From: Azolla caroliniana | Lineage: Eukaryota; Plantae; Polypodiophyta | Reading direction: 5' to 3' | DNA: 64,000 bases | NCBI GenBank assembly: GCA_043228905.1 | Contig: JBHGNT010000008.1 | Coordinates: 2,418,001-2,482,000, forward strand | Shown: positions 25,501 through 39,570 of the stretch, piece after piece | How the letters are laid out: each line of letters starts with the position of its first letter | How positions within the stretch are numbered: position 1 is the stretch's first letter | The notes under the pieces: model-generated | Told to the model about the DNA's origin: nothing | Seen by the model: only the letters and a program-made list of their open reading frames with translations | Database searches by the model: none | Position numbers and translations under genes: made by a program

Positions 25501-28500
25501 ATGTCTGTATGAAAAATGAGTAAAGATGGTAATATGTCTGTTTATGTAGAATTGAGATAGGCATGCTCATCAAAACACATGGATGAATCTGAAATTGGTA
25601 AGCAAAGTAAATAAAGTAAACACTCGTTTCTTTGTTTTTGATAGTAGACAGATCACTTTTTACATCTGATTTGTCTCAAAAGCCAAAAATCTTTTTCTTT
25701 CTCCTTTCTTTGTATTGATTTATGGTTCCCATGAGTCTGATTTGATCTCCTAACAGTGGCAATATAACTATCTATCTCTGTTTATATAGAGTCAGACAAA
25801 GACATGCTCATCAAAAACACATGTATGAATCTGAAGTCAACAAATAAACTAAATAAAATATTCACTCATTTCTTATTTTCTGATAGGGCAGACAGACCAT
25901 TATTTTACATCTGATTCATCTCATAGACAAAAAATCTTTCTTCCTTATCTCTTTATATTAAATTTTTGGCACATGGATTGGATTTAGTCCCGCAACAATG
26001 GTAATATATCTATATCTCTGTTTATATAGAGTGAGTTAGAGACATGCTCATCAAAACAGATAAGTGAATTTGAAATTGATAACTAATTCAAGTATTCACT
26101 TATATCACTTTAGTTACAAATAATATATATACATACTTGAGATAATAATCTCTGTATCTCCGAAAACCGAAGCGAAATAATGTGGACAAGCCATTGCGTA
26201 TAAGAAAAGTACGAATCTGTTAAATGACATGTAAGAATTATATATTTATATTTGTAAAAAACAAAGACGGCTTAATTTAAATATTTCACCTTGTAAGGTA
26301 AAAATTTCAATTTTAGCATCAAATGCTCTGTCTCATCTGCTAATGGCTCACTATGCAAACCTAAACTAGTCTGGCTTGTTTGGAACATGTCTGCAACTAG
26401 AGCTGTCTGGAGCTCTCCCTCTTTACTAGAAAACAGTTCAATATCTACAAAGAAACCTGTAGAAGATCCATAATCAATCATTCAACTCCATTCGGGTGGG
26501 AACATATGAAGTGTGACTTTTTGTGGATGTTTTATTTTTCAAACAGGTGGAACAAATTGAAAGCCGCAATATTCAAAATAAAGAATTTACCTCTATACAA
26601 TGGCCATAGCTGTGGATCCTTCCTGCAAATAGAAAGTATCATCAGTCAGCTTGACTCTCTATCATAATACGTTGAGATGAAGCCAAGAATTCTTTGCTAC
26701 TCTCCTACTTCTTGGTAACCGTGGGATTAGATCAGCTCCCACACTATTAATTGTTGTATTAGCTTAGTGATTCCCAGTTTTGCTTTTGATGAAACCTAAT
26801 AATTACTAAACAATAAATGTAACAAAAAATCACCCAAAACTCACCTCATTTGCACCTGATATCTTCGAAATACAGAGTCATTGAGTACATGGATCGTCAA
26901 TCTGAAACAAATGTTCATACTACTTTTATAATTTGCCTTCACATGACAAGGGTAACGAACTCCCATATTTCTTGATCGTAAAAAATGAATCATCTCCTGC
27001 ATAGTGAAGAGCCTTAGTACTGATCTCCAAGAATGTGAATTCAAATATAGGTTAAATTTTGGCATGAAATGTTTTAACTTTTTTTTATTAAGCAACAGCA
27101 AAAGGAGCACATGCCTGCAATTTTGATGCCATTTGATTAACAGGTGTGGCCTTAAGAAACTTGTTGAGCAATGAGGGATCACCTCGAGTAGCTGACCAAT
27201 CTGACAAATCTGCGCACATATCATGTCCAACATCTTGAAGAAGCGCATTAACTTGCTGTGGAGAATAATGAAAGTGTTAAACTTCAAAGGTTAATCTTTC
27301 AAATAAGTGACTCTGTACTCCAATGATATAATTTACCTTCTGCTCATTCTCTCTGTTCTCAGCACATAATTCACGAAGACTTTTTCCTGGTTGTGCATTT
27401 TCTAATCCAATTCCAAAGAAAAACAATATCAAAACCCATGTTTAATTCAAAGTGTAAATGTGAATTGCAATGTGACATTGACATCTTCAAAGGCTCAATC
27501 ACCAAAAGTTACATCCATGTGAATCTCAAGGAATCTCTGGTAAAATATCATGGCATACAAAGTACATCCAGTGGACCTGGGACATCATTACAATTGGCAG
27601 ATTTGTGGAATCATCAATGTGTGTCATGCCTACACAACCACATGCAAGATATTTTTTCTAAACACATGGCGAGTCATATGCCTGAAATTGACGTTGAATC
27701 TATCAGCAGACAAGTAGCCCTTATTCAAATTCTGTTGGACCTGTAAGTTCTAAAAATGCACATCAGATAATGCAGCTAAAGAACAAGCAAAACTGGCAGA
27801 AATATCTACACATAAGAATGATTGGAAGTAATAAGCTTGCATATGAGGAAAAGCAATCAGTTAGTATTGTGAGGTAAATGCCAAAAGATCATAATATCAT
27901 ACCTTTATATGTAACCAAAGGAAACTCTCGCAAAGCCTTTTGCATTTTCTCTGGACTTTGTGGACTGACAATCCTTGCAACCAAACCCTCAAGGATCTCC
28001 CCTTGTACATCAACATGGCTTTTGGTTGCTGAAACAAAGAAAAATTCGATTTTCAAGTAGAAATTTTAAAGAGAAACTATAGAACCATTAGTTATGGTTC
28101 CCAATCATTAAGATAAAAATGTCACAGCATCGTTAGTGCCTATGATCACCAAGAGACATTTAAAAAGGGCCAATGTAAGACCCAAGGCATAAAATGTTGC
28201 ACATGGAACTAAGTTAATGCTAGATCTTGCTCCAATACTTGCAAGAAAAGCATATGATTGCAATTCAGGCCAGGGAGTACAATGTGAATGATGGATGGCG
28301 CTCTGGCTTCTGAATACAAGGATAAAGATGACCACATAGCATACCAGATTATAGTCTGATATACCAACAGGATACAGGATACAGCTAAACGCGTGCATTA
28401 TGAGATATTCTCTCATAGAAAGATGTAAATAGAGTCACAAACATTCCAACAGGAATGGCTCCATTATTCCAACAGAAGATTAAGACGTCAACATTGCTAG

Positions 28501-31500
28501 ATACATGATACAAGAACCACCACATTGAGTTTCTCTCACTATTATGAAATGTGATGCTCTTTTTCCAGCAAGTAAAATAACATACATTAACCATCACATT
28601 GAGTTTCTATCACTTCTCCTCAGGGTGGAAACTTTCATAATGATCTTACAGCCTTATTTCAGGAACAACACCCAATCAAATCTTAGCAATCTAAATGTGA
28701 TGAATATTTTAGTAAACATAGGTACAGAATCTAAGAATCATAACACTTGAGGTCTCCTATGTTTAGAAGCTATATACCTTCTACTGAAATGTCTGAAATC
28801 TCATCCAAGACCTTGCTTACAGCCGTTGCCGTGCCCTCCTCACACAATGCATCATATGCAGTGAAAAAGGATGTGGCTGATTTTCTACACGAATTTTGCA
28901 GAAATTTACTGTTTCCTGCTTGAATAAATCTCTGGATGGATATGTTGATGCTTCATTCCAATAACAAGCCTCTACAGTCAAAATAACAGTACCTTGTTGA
29001 AAACAGCCATACATGATTGGCCGGTAGCCTCCACTGCCGACAAAAAGCAATAATTTCTGGAGTAGAATAAAATTTAGGCTTATTTTGAAGATTCGTCACA
29101 GCAGTGACCACCACTGTAAATGAAAATAGAAACAGCTCATTAGACATCCTAATGCTAATAAATATAACATAATGTCAGTCTTAGGTTACATGAAATGTTT
29201 CAAACAAGGAAATGGCCATTAATACATAACACGCGTGATGAGTAAAATGACATAGATTAACCATATTTGAGAGTTATATTATTTGAGGTGGAATTTGTAA
29301 TTTCTCATACATAACATGTGTATTATGTAATTGACATAAAATATTCACATATATAAAAAAGATGTTTTAGATCGTAATATCTGCTTCAGCACTTTGATGG
29401 TAGTAGACTTCCTGGATATAATCAAGCATGATATGCCAAAAGTAACTTTTTAAGATTGGTCTCATGACCAACCCTTTTAAACAATGTAAGAATTTATTAA
29501 AGCATGTCTTCAATCAATAAAGATATTAAGTTTGTCGCATAATTTTAGATTCTCGATACTCTTTTATGCAATTAGACATCAATTACTTTCTTATTGTAAA
29601 GGCATCATTAAAATTGCACTAACCATAGTCCTGCTTTGGCCTCTGTCCATGGTCACCCAAGACAGCTGTAACGAGCTCCATTGAAACACAGAGATGGTGC
29701 CTCTGTGAAAAACATAGTATTGAAACACAAACTCTTTCACTTGTTAATCAAAGATACATTAACTTCGAGAAATTAAGCAAACGAATATAAAAGAATTAAT
29801 ATAAATTATAAAATCTACAACATAATAAGATGAATTCATAAAGACCAGTAAGTTCCTAGATTACACATAAATTTGTTCACATAACACCCCACCTCAAGGT
29901 ATGCATTGAAATCCCTCTTTTTCACTGCTGCTTCAGGCCCCCAAGCTTCCTGAAATATTTTACTCAGTACAAAGACCCCGACAGCAGTGTATCTGCATTA
30001 ATTGAGCCGTGATTCTTAACGGTAGTGACTACTGCAGCCCAACTGAGGTTACGAGTATATGAGGCTACTTACAGATTTCCAAAGCTATTTTTGGCAAAAG
30101 CGCCATAATGGCCACTGTACATAAAAAGAGATCCTGAATGCTTCAAAGAGACCTGATAATAAGTTATAATATAAATTTCATTAAACAGTATACTTTTACG
30201 AGCATATTTGATATACAGTTTCCTTTGTATTAGTGCATAACTCACATTTAAAAAACGTAGTCAGTATATTCAGTAATGAAATCATGATAAATATAGTATT
30301 GCATATGAGGAATCAGTACCAATCTGCTTAATCTACTATTATATATCTCCACACCAACACTTAGTAAGAACTTGAACCTAGGTGAAGTATATTTCACATG
30401 TAAAAGACAAACGTTTGCCAAAATATCTAAATGTCAAAAATATGTCTTAATTTATCTTTACCTCTAAAACTCCTTTCCCTGAGTTAACAATATCAATCAT
30501 TTTCAAGCGAATCTGCATAGAATCAGACTGTTTTAGTGCTTCATCCAATTGCTACACAAAGTTACCAGCTTTTAGCTCCTTCATTCAAGCAATGTACAGA
30601 ATACCCTAGTTAGTGTTTTTGAACAACTTCAATGAGCACATAGCATTTCCTAAATAACTATGGCAAAAAGGAGAACCTCTTGATCAGACTTCTCATTCTC
30701 GAATTTTGGATAGAAGGTTGCCCTGATTTGCGCTTGAGCACTCCCAAGATCTCGTCCATGACAAGACGACATATGGTGATCTCCATCATGGGACACTGAA
30801 GTACTTGAACTCTGTGCTCTATCCTGGTGATCATCACGATTAATATCAGTTTTAACTGGAAAGTTTGATGATGGTGTGGATGATGTCTGTCCTTGGCTGG
30901 AATCACCCATGTTTGATTGTGATGAACCTTCTACTTTCACAACATATGCTGTTGCTGGACGTGATGGTCTCCACGTGCCCCTACGACCCCTCGTTCCCTG
31001 TGAAAATCAACATTAGCATCATTTTCAGCAAGCAAACTCAGAATATAGTCAATCATACTTCACCATGGCTTAAAAGCCGTTAATATTTCTTTCTTTGTTT
31101 CTTTCTATTTATTCGGATTCTATGCATTCATTCCAATTATCAGGGATGTCATGGCTGCACCCAATTGTTGTAGAGGCTCTATTTAGGTTGGCATCTTTCT
31201 TCATGGTGCATGGGAGCTTCCTTTGGCAATAGGTTTGCTAGGTTTGTCTTTTCCTCTTAACAGTTGGTGAGTGGGATCGATAGTATCATTTGGTATTGAC
31301 CAAACTACATAATGGTTTTAAGTTGTATGGTTTAAGCAGAAACAACCGAATTCATTGGATGCACCATCTTTGGCACTAACCCCCTCAGTGATTAGCAAGC
31401 CCATCACATAAGATCTCATCCAGCCAGTGATTAGGATAAAATATATGAAACTTTTGCAGTAGTTAGGTACATAGTCTTTTTCATGAAGAATCCATCTTCT

Positions 31501-34196
31501 CTACACCCCTGAGGATGGATTTAAACAACCCCTTAGGTATAAATGGATAACCAGTTTTCTGATGGATTGAGATGCACCAATACAGAGCCAGAATCTGAAG
31601 CACTACATATGTTGTTCCACAGTTTACAGTTGAGATTTCAGGATGCTTTCCCAGACTCTTTAGGAAGGGATTTGGACCATTTCCCAGGTAAGGATTTTGA
31701 TGAGAAATGTTTGGGGCTTTTTTCACTCGAGATGCACAGATTTAGGAAGTCTTTTGCTGACTAGATATTTAAAAGAGCTTTTAAAAAGGCATGTCTGACT
31801 TCTTCAGAAGGTCAGGCTCAAAGAAAACACAACCGGTACCTTGGATATTGTTTGATTCAGTATTCCATTCAAATTTTTCCATAGATGGCGGAGGATGCAT
31901 GTCTCCTTGGGTAGTACTCACGTTCAACCTCTGCTAGAAGTATCCTTATTTTCTTCATAGTATCCTCCACAGTATTTGTAACCATGGTCCCTAAATCATT
32001 TTACTGTGTGGTCATAACCTAGTTTCATAGCGAGGCTGCCAGAATTGGTAAAGTTAACTTTGCTTTATTTTCCCAAACATTCAACAAGATTCACATGTGG
32101 CAACTTTTGATCTCCGAGGTCACTTCAGCCGTTTGACATCATAAATATAACCTTTTGTATCATTTCATTAATATAACCAAGGCTTTGGCCCACTACTCGA
32201 GGTAATGGAATATGAGAACCAGCAGTACCTGGGGTTGTTCCTGCTGAAACTCAAGAGACACCAGAGGAAGTTGTTAAAGGATAACAATGCAACCACACAA
32301 GTTCATCAACAAAAAACAATCACAACCTTCTTTAGCCCCATCACTCCTATTTATGCTACAAATCAATCAAAGGCTACACAAATGGGATCCCCACCAAGAT
32401 ATTGCAAAGGGGTTACAGTAGATCAAGCAATCACAGTTTTTTTGCGCACATAAACCTTGGCCTTGTGGACAATGATCTCGGCACCCATCATCAATAGATG
32501 AAGGAAATTGTCTCCCACCATCACAGGTGTTCCATTCACTTTTGGAGATCTCTCAATTCTGGATCAGCCCATGCTAGAGATCTTTCAAAGGTGGAAATTG
32601 TAATCTGTCCAACTTGAGAATCATACATCTATCGATAATGAAAATCATATAGTTTCTTTTTTAAACTTTTTATTTACTCACATCTATTGTGGTTTGCTAT
32701 TCTCAAAGATGAGACAACATTTCAAAAGGTAACTTCTTGTTTGATCTTATAGGCAATTTTGGCCTTTTTAAAGACATTAATATATTTTTCGTTCTTTCTC
32801 CCTCTTCCTCTCTCTTTGATATCCACATTTTTGTATAATTGGTAAGAGTGTGAAAAACAACTTCAGCATCAGATTCAAGAGGCAAACTCTGATATGTACT
32901 CAGAAAACTAAAAAAGCCTTGACCTTGCTGAAGATAATTTCAGAATGAGATATCCACAATTAGCTATGATCAATAGATATGTACTGCAGCCGCGTGAGAT
33001 ATATCATGTGCAGGATGATATATAGGTATGAAGGGATGAAAACCAATATCAGCCTCAATTTCAAATAAGTAAACTCGAAATACAGTCGGGAACCTACAAA
33101 AACTCTGACCTCATTAAAGGTAATGGTATAAGAATCCAGATTTTTATATGACCAGCAAGTACGGGATTCAATTACAGAAGAAACTTTATGTGCATTATGA
33201 TGTGTATGAAGAATCCATTTGAAAAGAGAAACTCCTAAAAAAAAAAATTGACAGAAAAAGTTATTACAAAAAAGCCTAACTTGAAAAGTCATCAAAAGTT
33301 CATAATTTGACAACGTTTGGAAGATACTCATACTCTAATATGGATACATACATATATGACAGTTGTTTAATACAGGTGCATATTATGTGCGAGATGGATG
33401 TAACTAGAGCCGAAGACTAAGTTGTACTATGGATAAGGTGAAGGATGAAGTATCAAGGAGAAAATCATGATATTACTATGGTTTTACCATGTTTAAGTAT
33501 CAGAAGATGAAAGAGAACAAACAATTAAGAAAGAAATATGCATGGTGATTAAGTGTATTCCAAGATTTCACACTGTTTTTGAATTGAGAGATGAAATGGA
33601 CAAAGATTTAAGCAAAAAATATGGATGATGATGCGTATATTCATGGACAAAGACTTAAGTAAAAAATATCGAGTCTGATAAAGGAGACCAAAGATAATAA
33701 TAAGAAGCAAGAAATAAGCCTTATGATTAGTAGATTCTGAGATCCACCATGTGTCAGAATCAAATGCCAAAGGTAGATAAAAGCAAGCAAAAAATAAGCC
33801 TGATGGTGAGTACATTCTGAAATTCATCATGTGTCAGAATTAAATGATTAAAGAGGGAAACAAATACGCAAGAAACATCCATGATGAAGTATCTTTACAA
33901 ATTTTAAGCCCATGTTTTTGAATCGGAAGATCAAAGAGAGAATCAATCAAGCAACAAATAGGCACGTTGACATGTATATACCATGTCTGTCAACCATATG
34001 GAGACAATTAACCAGTTCTCACCACGTTTATGAATCACAACATCGAAAAAAGACGCAATATATAGCTGTATATGCCATTTTTTCTTGTACGGTGTTTCTG
34101 GATCAGAAGTTCAAAAGAGAGAGAAAAATAAAAAAACAAATAAAAGTCAAAACACGATATGCATGACGATGGTGAGTCAATTCTGAGATTTACCAT
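17865..34196 (-). CDS. RNL: Plant trifunctional tRNA ligase (ligase-kinase-cyclic phosphodiesterase)
   Basis: About 28 exons assembled in frame: 34194-34196 (ATG, tentative), 30677-30997, 30462-30512, 30073-30152, 29893-29992, 29624-29702, 28993-29113, 28778-28884, 27903-28028, 27337-27401, 27115-27255, 26845-26996, 26591-26622, 26290-26456, 26137-26216, 21508-21573, 21152-21420, 20897-21004, 20279-20379, 20135-20195, 19981-20057, 19316-19387, 19163-19239, 18985-19065, 18799-18901, 18524-18688, 18079-18345, 17865-17993. Motifs: IRATFYPKFENEKSDQE, KHSGSLFM, SMELVTAVLGDHGQRP, EILEGLVAR, P-loop GIPGCGKS, and the 2H motifs HVT and HIT. Confidence 0.95.
20494..20750. mobile_element. hAT-type MITE in a tRNA ligase intron
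   Basis: TIR CATAGTATG/CGTACTATG and 8-bp TSD CTTCTAAT (20486-20493 and 20751-20758). The empty site is present in the adjacent duplicate 20794-20892. Confidence 0.85.
22330..24985 (+). mobile_element. Degenerate Ty1/Copia fragment in a tRNA ligase intron (antisense to the host gene)
   Basis: ...CTAACA followed by a Met-like PBS TGGTATCTGTGC at 22744. Protease relic WAIDSRANRHM, pre-integrase WLQRFGHL, integrase LELVHANL, TD*GGEF, YTPQQSG. Many stops; boundaries approximate. Confidence 0.8.
25200..26100. repeat. Degenerate ~240-bp intronic tandem repeat
   Basis: TCTGTTTAT(G/A)TAGA...CTCATCAAAAC recurs at about 25220, 25307, 25536, 25775 and 26015. Confidence 0.8.
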
Positions 34197-34960
34197 GGAA
34201 GCTCGGCAAAGGGAGGCTAAAGACAACTCCTGGACTCAGCGATGGCAGAGGAGGGAAAAGCACAAACAGTTGACTGCTGCTCACAGCGATGGCATCGCAC
34301 AGGTGGGAAAGATCAAAGCTCCCGTATGAACCCAGGGCCAAACGAATGATTGATTTTCTTCGTTATATCTTCTTCCTTTGGCTTTTTACATGCTGAAGCT
34401 ATTTCTGCAGGCATTCAAGAATTTCCTATGAAAAGAGAAAGCAATGGAAATGATTGGAAACAACAAATTTCCATTTGAAATTTGCTCATATTCCTTCTCT
34501 CTTAGAACCTTCTAGAAAGAAAAAAAAAAACCAGACAACCCCTCTCTAATCCTGTCATGAGGTTTTTGCGTGGTTTCCGGGGGACTCTGTGTCCACGGCC
34601 ACCAGGAATGACATTCTCTCGGATCTTTTGAACTTGTCCTGTCGGCTTCGCCTAAACCCCAAGGTGCCCGTCGGGCATTGAAGCAAGCAAAGACCCAGGC
34701 CAAATCGTGGGGCTGCATCCTGTCACAAATTCCCCAGCTGCTTCATGCATGAAATAAGTACTTTGATCATTAGAAGAGATCATTCTGAAAAAACAATGCC
34801 ATGCACCGATGCAAATGCCCTCGAGGTTTTCTTTCATCCCCGCCTCCTTTACTTTGTTGCTTTTAAATCAGTCCAAACCATGCATTATTGCGTACCTGCC
34901 ATCCGGGACAAGGACTGTGAGGACGTTGGCATCACTAGTATACAAACAGCTCAAGAGAAC

Positions 34961-35887
34961 ACTATATCCAATAAGAATCAAACTTGAAATTTAGGGTTTA
35001 GATGACCTTCTCTCCTATCCATTAGATGATAGACCCACATTTTGACATCCCTAGTTGATAGTCAACCATTAATATCTTTTAGAGGCGACAAAAGAAGATG
35101 CAAATTTATCAACGTGTTTTCTATCTTGGATTAACATTCATGACTGTGTGCAATGGTGGGGTAAAACTTGGTAAGGTAGGTGGAATTATCTACATAGGTA
35201 ACACTTGATAAACAAAGTGCACATGTTGTATGTATACAATTAAATGTTAAGCACCTGTCATTGGGGACAAGAAACACGAGGGCATTAGCACCAAGAATAT
35301 GCATAAAGCTCAAGAGGACACTAGAAAAAGAGAGGGATAAAGTAAATCTTGCTTAAAACTTGTGGTCCACCCTAATCATAATATGAAGGGAGCCCAACCT
35401 CGTTGTAAAAAGCCATGAGAGTCACTTGTTGGTAACTTTCGTACTTTTCTTCTTCCTTATTGGGTTTTCTCCTTTCACATAATTCTACTAGAGTTATAAA
35501 GTCTTTCCTCTCAATCTTTCTCTCGAGCAAAAGAGTCACTAAGTTTTAAGCACTAATTAGCCAAACCCTAATCCCTCAACATATTGTCCTCTTTAGTTAC
35601 TTAACTTGCAGTTTATGCATGCTACATGTACACTTCCTTCATCAAACAATGCCTGAGTAGATAATTCCACCTACCTTACCAAGTTTTGGCCCACCATTGC
35701 ACATGATCATGAACGTTATCCAATAAGGAAGTCTACACATTCATAAAATTGCACATTTTTGTCTCCTATCTAAATAGTCATGGTTGACTATCAACTAGGA
35801 CATCAAAATGTGCATCTATCATCTAATAAATACGACAAATGGCCTTCTAAACCTTAAGTGCATATATTGATTCCTATTGTATATAGC
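34961..35887. mobile_element. Foldback / Mutator-like non-autonomous element with ~300-bp imperfect terminal inverted repeats
   Basis: 34961-35260 is the diverged reverse complement of 35590-35887 (e.g. AAAACTTGGTAAGGTAGGTGGAATTATCTAC vs GTAGATAATTCCACCTACCTTACCAAGTTTT). TSD not resolved. Confidence 0.8.
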
Positions 35888-38800
35888 TCCATAAATGCAT
35901 AAACAACCATTGGTTGAAGCTATGATACCTATCTCTTCTTTTTATTGGTAGAACTTCCATATCACGAGTCTCGACTCTGATAATGTCAATGTTTATGATT
36001 TGGATTTTGACGGATTATCATGTTTTTTGTATGTGTCTATGAGTTAGTTTACTAGTGCTAATGATTCCCCTGTTATTACATCCACTTCCAAATACACTAT
36101 GATAGGTCACCTTCTTTTTGGGTCATCGGATAATTATGTCTGGGTTGAGATGCTCCTTAGAGGGGGTTCTCACCACATCACTTTAACCATTATCTTCACT
36201 TTCGTTTTAGGTATACGAATGATGATCAAGATTTTGATCTCTTCAAGATGAGGGATACCAAAAACGTGTCATTCTTTTGCATTGTTATAGCATAATATTG
36301 AAGAGAATTGTTTGCTTGCCTATGAATTTATACATATATTTATTCACAAGAGGATTCGATTCCTCTTTTTTAGGTGAGCTAGGAATTGATGGTTCACTTA
36401 TTTTTTGCCTTACCAAAGGACACATAAACATCTGTTCTATATATTAGGCTCAGCTGGCACTTTGTTTTACATCTTTATGTGTGTCTACTCAACAACTAAC
36501 CCATGTGTTCATGTGCCCCCTAGGACTAGTAAAAGTTGTCATGGTTTTGAATAGAGAACACCAAAGCTCCCCCACCAATCATGGCAGTATTCGAAGAATC
36601 ATTAGAATGCATTCATGTGTATGCGTGAATAGTCCCGAATAAAAAGAGAAAAAAGGCAATGTGGGTCATTTCAAAGTAGGAATCAATGTTAACAAATCGT
36701 GGTATCATTCAAATATCGGTTGACACGAGGATTCTCAAAAGAGAAATCACATATATGCCGTAAATCCACATAAAACAAAGTTGATATTTTTTGGAAAAAA
36801 AACAAAGTTGATAAGTTTGAAGGATTGTCTAACCCTATTTACAAGGTATTTGAGTGGAAATCAAGCAAATTGTTGCATACCTCTTGAGATTTGTCAGAAC
36901 AATATGTGAACTAATAATGACTATCTATCCGCCACGTTAGCAAAAAACTCCATTATTTTGTGTTGATTAACTATACATATATACCTTTCGTGTCAATTTA
37001 TTTGCCACAATAATTTACATGACAGGAGTTTTTATCAATAATGGAGTTCAATTTCTATGTTCCATACACCATACAACCAACCACCCTATGACTTTTTGTT
37101 TACACTTCAAGTTTTGTGAATCATTGCCCCTTCCCAAACTTCATCACTTAGCAACATTACAAATATTATACGTACACCACAATTTGAAATTTACCTTTGA
37201 GATCTTGCTTTGTTGCTACATTACACAGGAGAGCTTTTCCTCCCATAATATATATCACCCTTGGTTACATAAATTATGTAACAATGGTCACCTTCGACAA
37301 AAGTTCCTTTTCAACTTAAGTGGTTCATCTTAAATCTAGTTGTAGCCGACACTCTTATTGGTTGGCATAAAAGCGTGGGAAACTAAAAAGATGCAAAAAG
37401 TTGTGTGATAAGATTATTACTAGGAATCCTACACATAACACTCTTACTTGCTAAGGACCATAAATTAAGACATTAGATACGTAACATAATAACGTGTTGT
37501 TCATGTCATGTTTGGAATCTTTCATGACTAAAAAAATGTGAAAAAGCGAAGACTGGGTTGAGCTTGAAATATATACAAATGTTTCTTTTACAAGAATGAG
37601 ACACCATAGTAAACATCCAACCATTTTTTTAAAAAATAGCTTCATTACAAGTTACAACTACAAAATATTGTTTTAATGAAAGTAAGCACATCAATTTAGT
37701 TTTATTGGTCATCTATAGTTGTTTTCGTAAAGAGAGGCAACACAAAATACTAATATTTCTAAGTTTAGTTAATATTATCCAATACAAGAACATAATAATG
37801 ATCAATTGTTAGTATATAGATATTCTAGTAGATACTCTAATAAGAATAAATATATGAGCACGAGGAGATTAGGGCCATGGTCCAAAAATAGCATTTTGCG
37901 ATAAGCTTGACAATACATGCATTTATGTGTGAATCGTGATGATAATGAACCCATGAGTATTGTCGTCTAATCGATGTTAGGGTTGTGTGCTAAAGATTGT
38001 CTCAAAAGCCGAAATATCAACTCAACCCATGAAATAATAGCTAAGAGACAAGAGGATCAACATACAATAAGAGGGAATTTTGCCTAGAATAATTTATGTG
38101 CGTGAATATTGAGATTTGGTAAGTCAACATTTCCCCAAGAGTGAAGAAAAGTTAGTGAGACACTAGATTTGTGCCAATACAAAAGCAATTAAGAAACTAA
38201 GATCAACAATTTTATTGAGAGAGAGTTGTCACATGCCCAACACCATGAACACGTACAATCATGGCATACTATATACTACACTTCAAAGTAACGTGGAAGC
38301 ATTGGCTCTATACATCCACAAATCTTATATTTATTGACTAAGTTTGGTATACAGTACAAGCTGTAAATTTGTGTATAAATATAGGTGAGGTAATTGTGGG
38401 TTGGAGTACGAAGCAATGGGTCTAATGTTAGGTTGTAAAGAAAAACATTATTGCGTTATGTGTAAGATGGCCTTCACTAACATTTAACTTTATCCTTTCC
38501 TACTAAAAAGCGACATTTTCAAATTCATTTTCCTTACTAGGTTAAAACAATAACATTTCCTTAGGGAATGTTAACAATAAAACAAGGGCCACATCATGAG
38601 GTGAAATAGATCCAATTTAAGTTTTTTGCTAGATTATGCATCGTTCCATAAGCAAAAACCAAAACCGGATGAATGAGTCCAAGGGTGGCATTTTGTCTCT
38701 ATGGGATGTGTGGGTGTGCACATCTATCTGATTCACGTTGTTCTCAATAATTTGTCAATAATTTCAAAACGTTTATATATGTATGTTTGCATACACATAC

Positions 38801-38974
38801 ATGTATTGGTTCTCGTTTTCAATATTTGAGAACCAGACAAACAATACATGTGACGAAGCCTCAATGAGAGCAAATCACAATGAGACATATCATGGATGTG
38901 CATGTCCCATTCATGTTGTTTTTAATCATCCTTCCAACACTTCTCACACACATATGGATGTATTGTTTCAGTAG

Positions 38975-39570
38975 CTGATATTCGAAGTTGACAAACAAGA
39001 CACATGTCTAAAGCCCCCTCGAGGATAACAAATCCAAACGAGACACGTGGTGGGGAGAGTATGTCTCATTCATGTCAGTTTCAAACCTCCTTGACAATTA
39101 TTGTTTTTCCATTCTGATATTCGAAGCTAACGAGCAAGACACACATCGAAAGCGTCGGGGAGAGGAGAATCCAAGCGAGACATGGTGCGGAGGTGAGAGC
39201 ACCTCATCGAAAGCCGACTTTGTTGATAAACTCTGAACATATAACGTATGTATGTATAGTTTTTACGTTTTGAACGAAGCAGACAAGTGAGACACGTGTC
39301 GAAGGGTTCCGCCTAGGCCTCCCTAGGCCCCCCTCCCCTAAGGAGGTGGGCACACACGTCTTGTTCAAAAGCCACGATTGAGCATTAATTCGGACTTGTG
39401 TAGATACATATATACATGTGTATGCATTTGTTCTTCAGTGCCATTCGAAGCCGGGCCGAACAAAGACACGTGTCAAAAGTCCGGGGAGCAGAGCAAATCC
39501 CAACTCCTCTCACAAACAAAATAACGAACAAACAAAGACGTCCACAATCGAGACGACACGTGTCACCCAC
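38975..39570 (+). promoter_or_regulatory. Degenerate repeat array carrying G-box/ABRE palindromes upstream of the LRR gene
   Basis: GACACGTGTC at 39291, 39465 and 39555; GACACGTGG at 39042; variant GACACATGTC at 38999. Units start (AT)TCGAAG. Confidence 0.6.

Noticed and set aside
31100-32640. Possible LINE ORF1 relic in tRNA ligase intron 1
   Set aside because: Coding-like texture but no motif I can identify with confidence.
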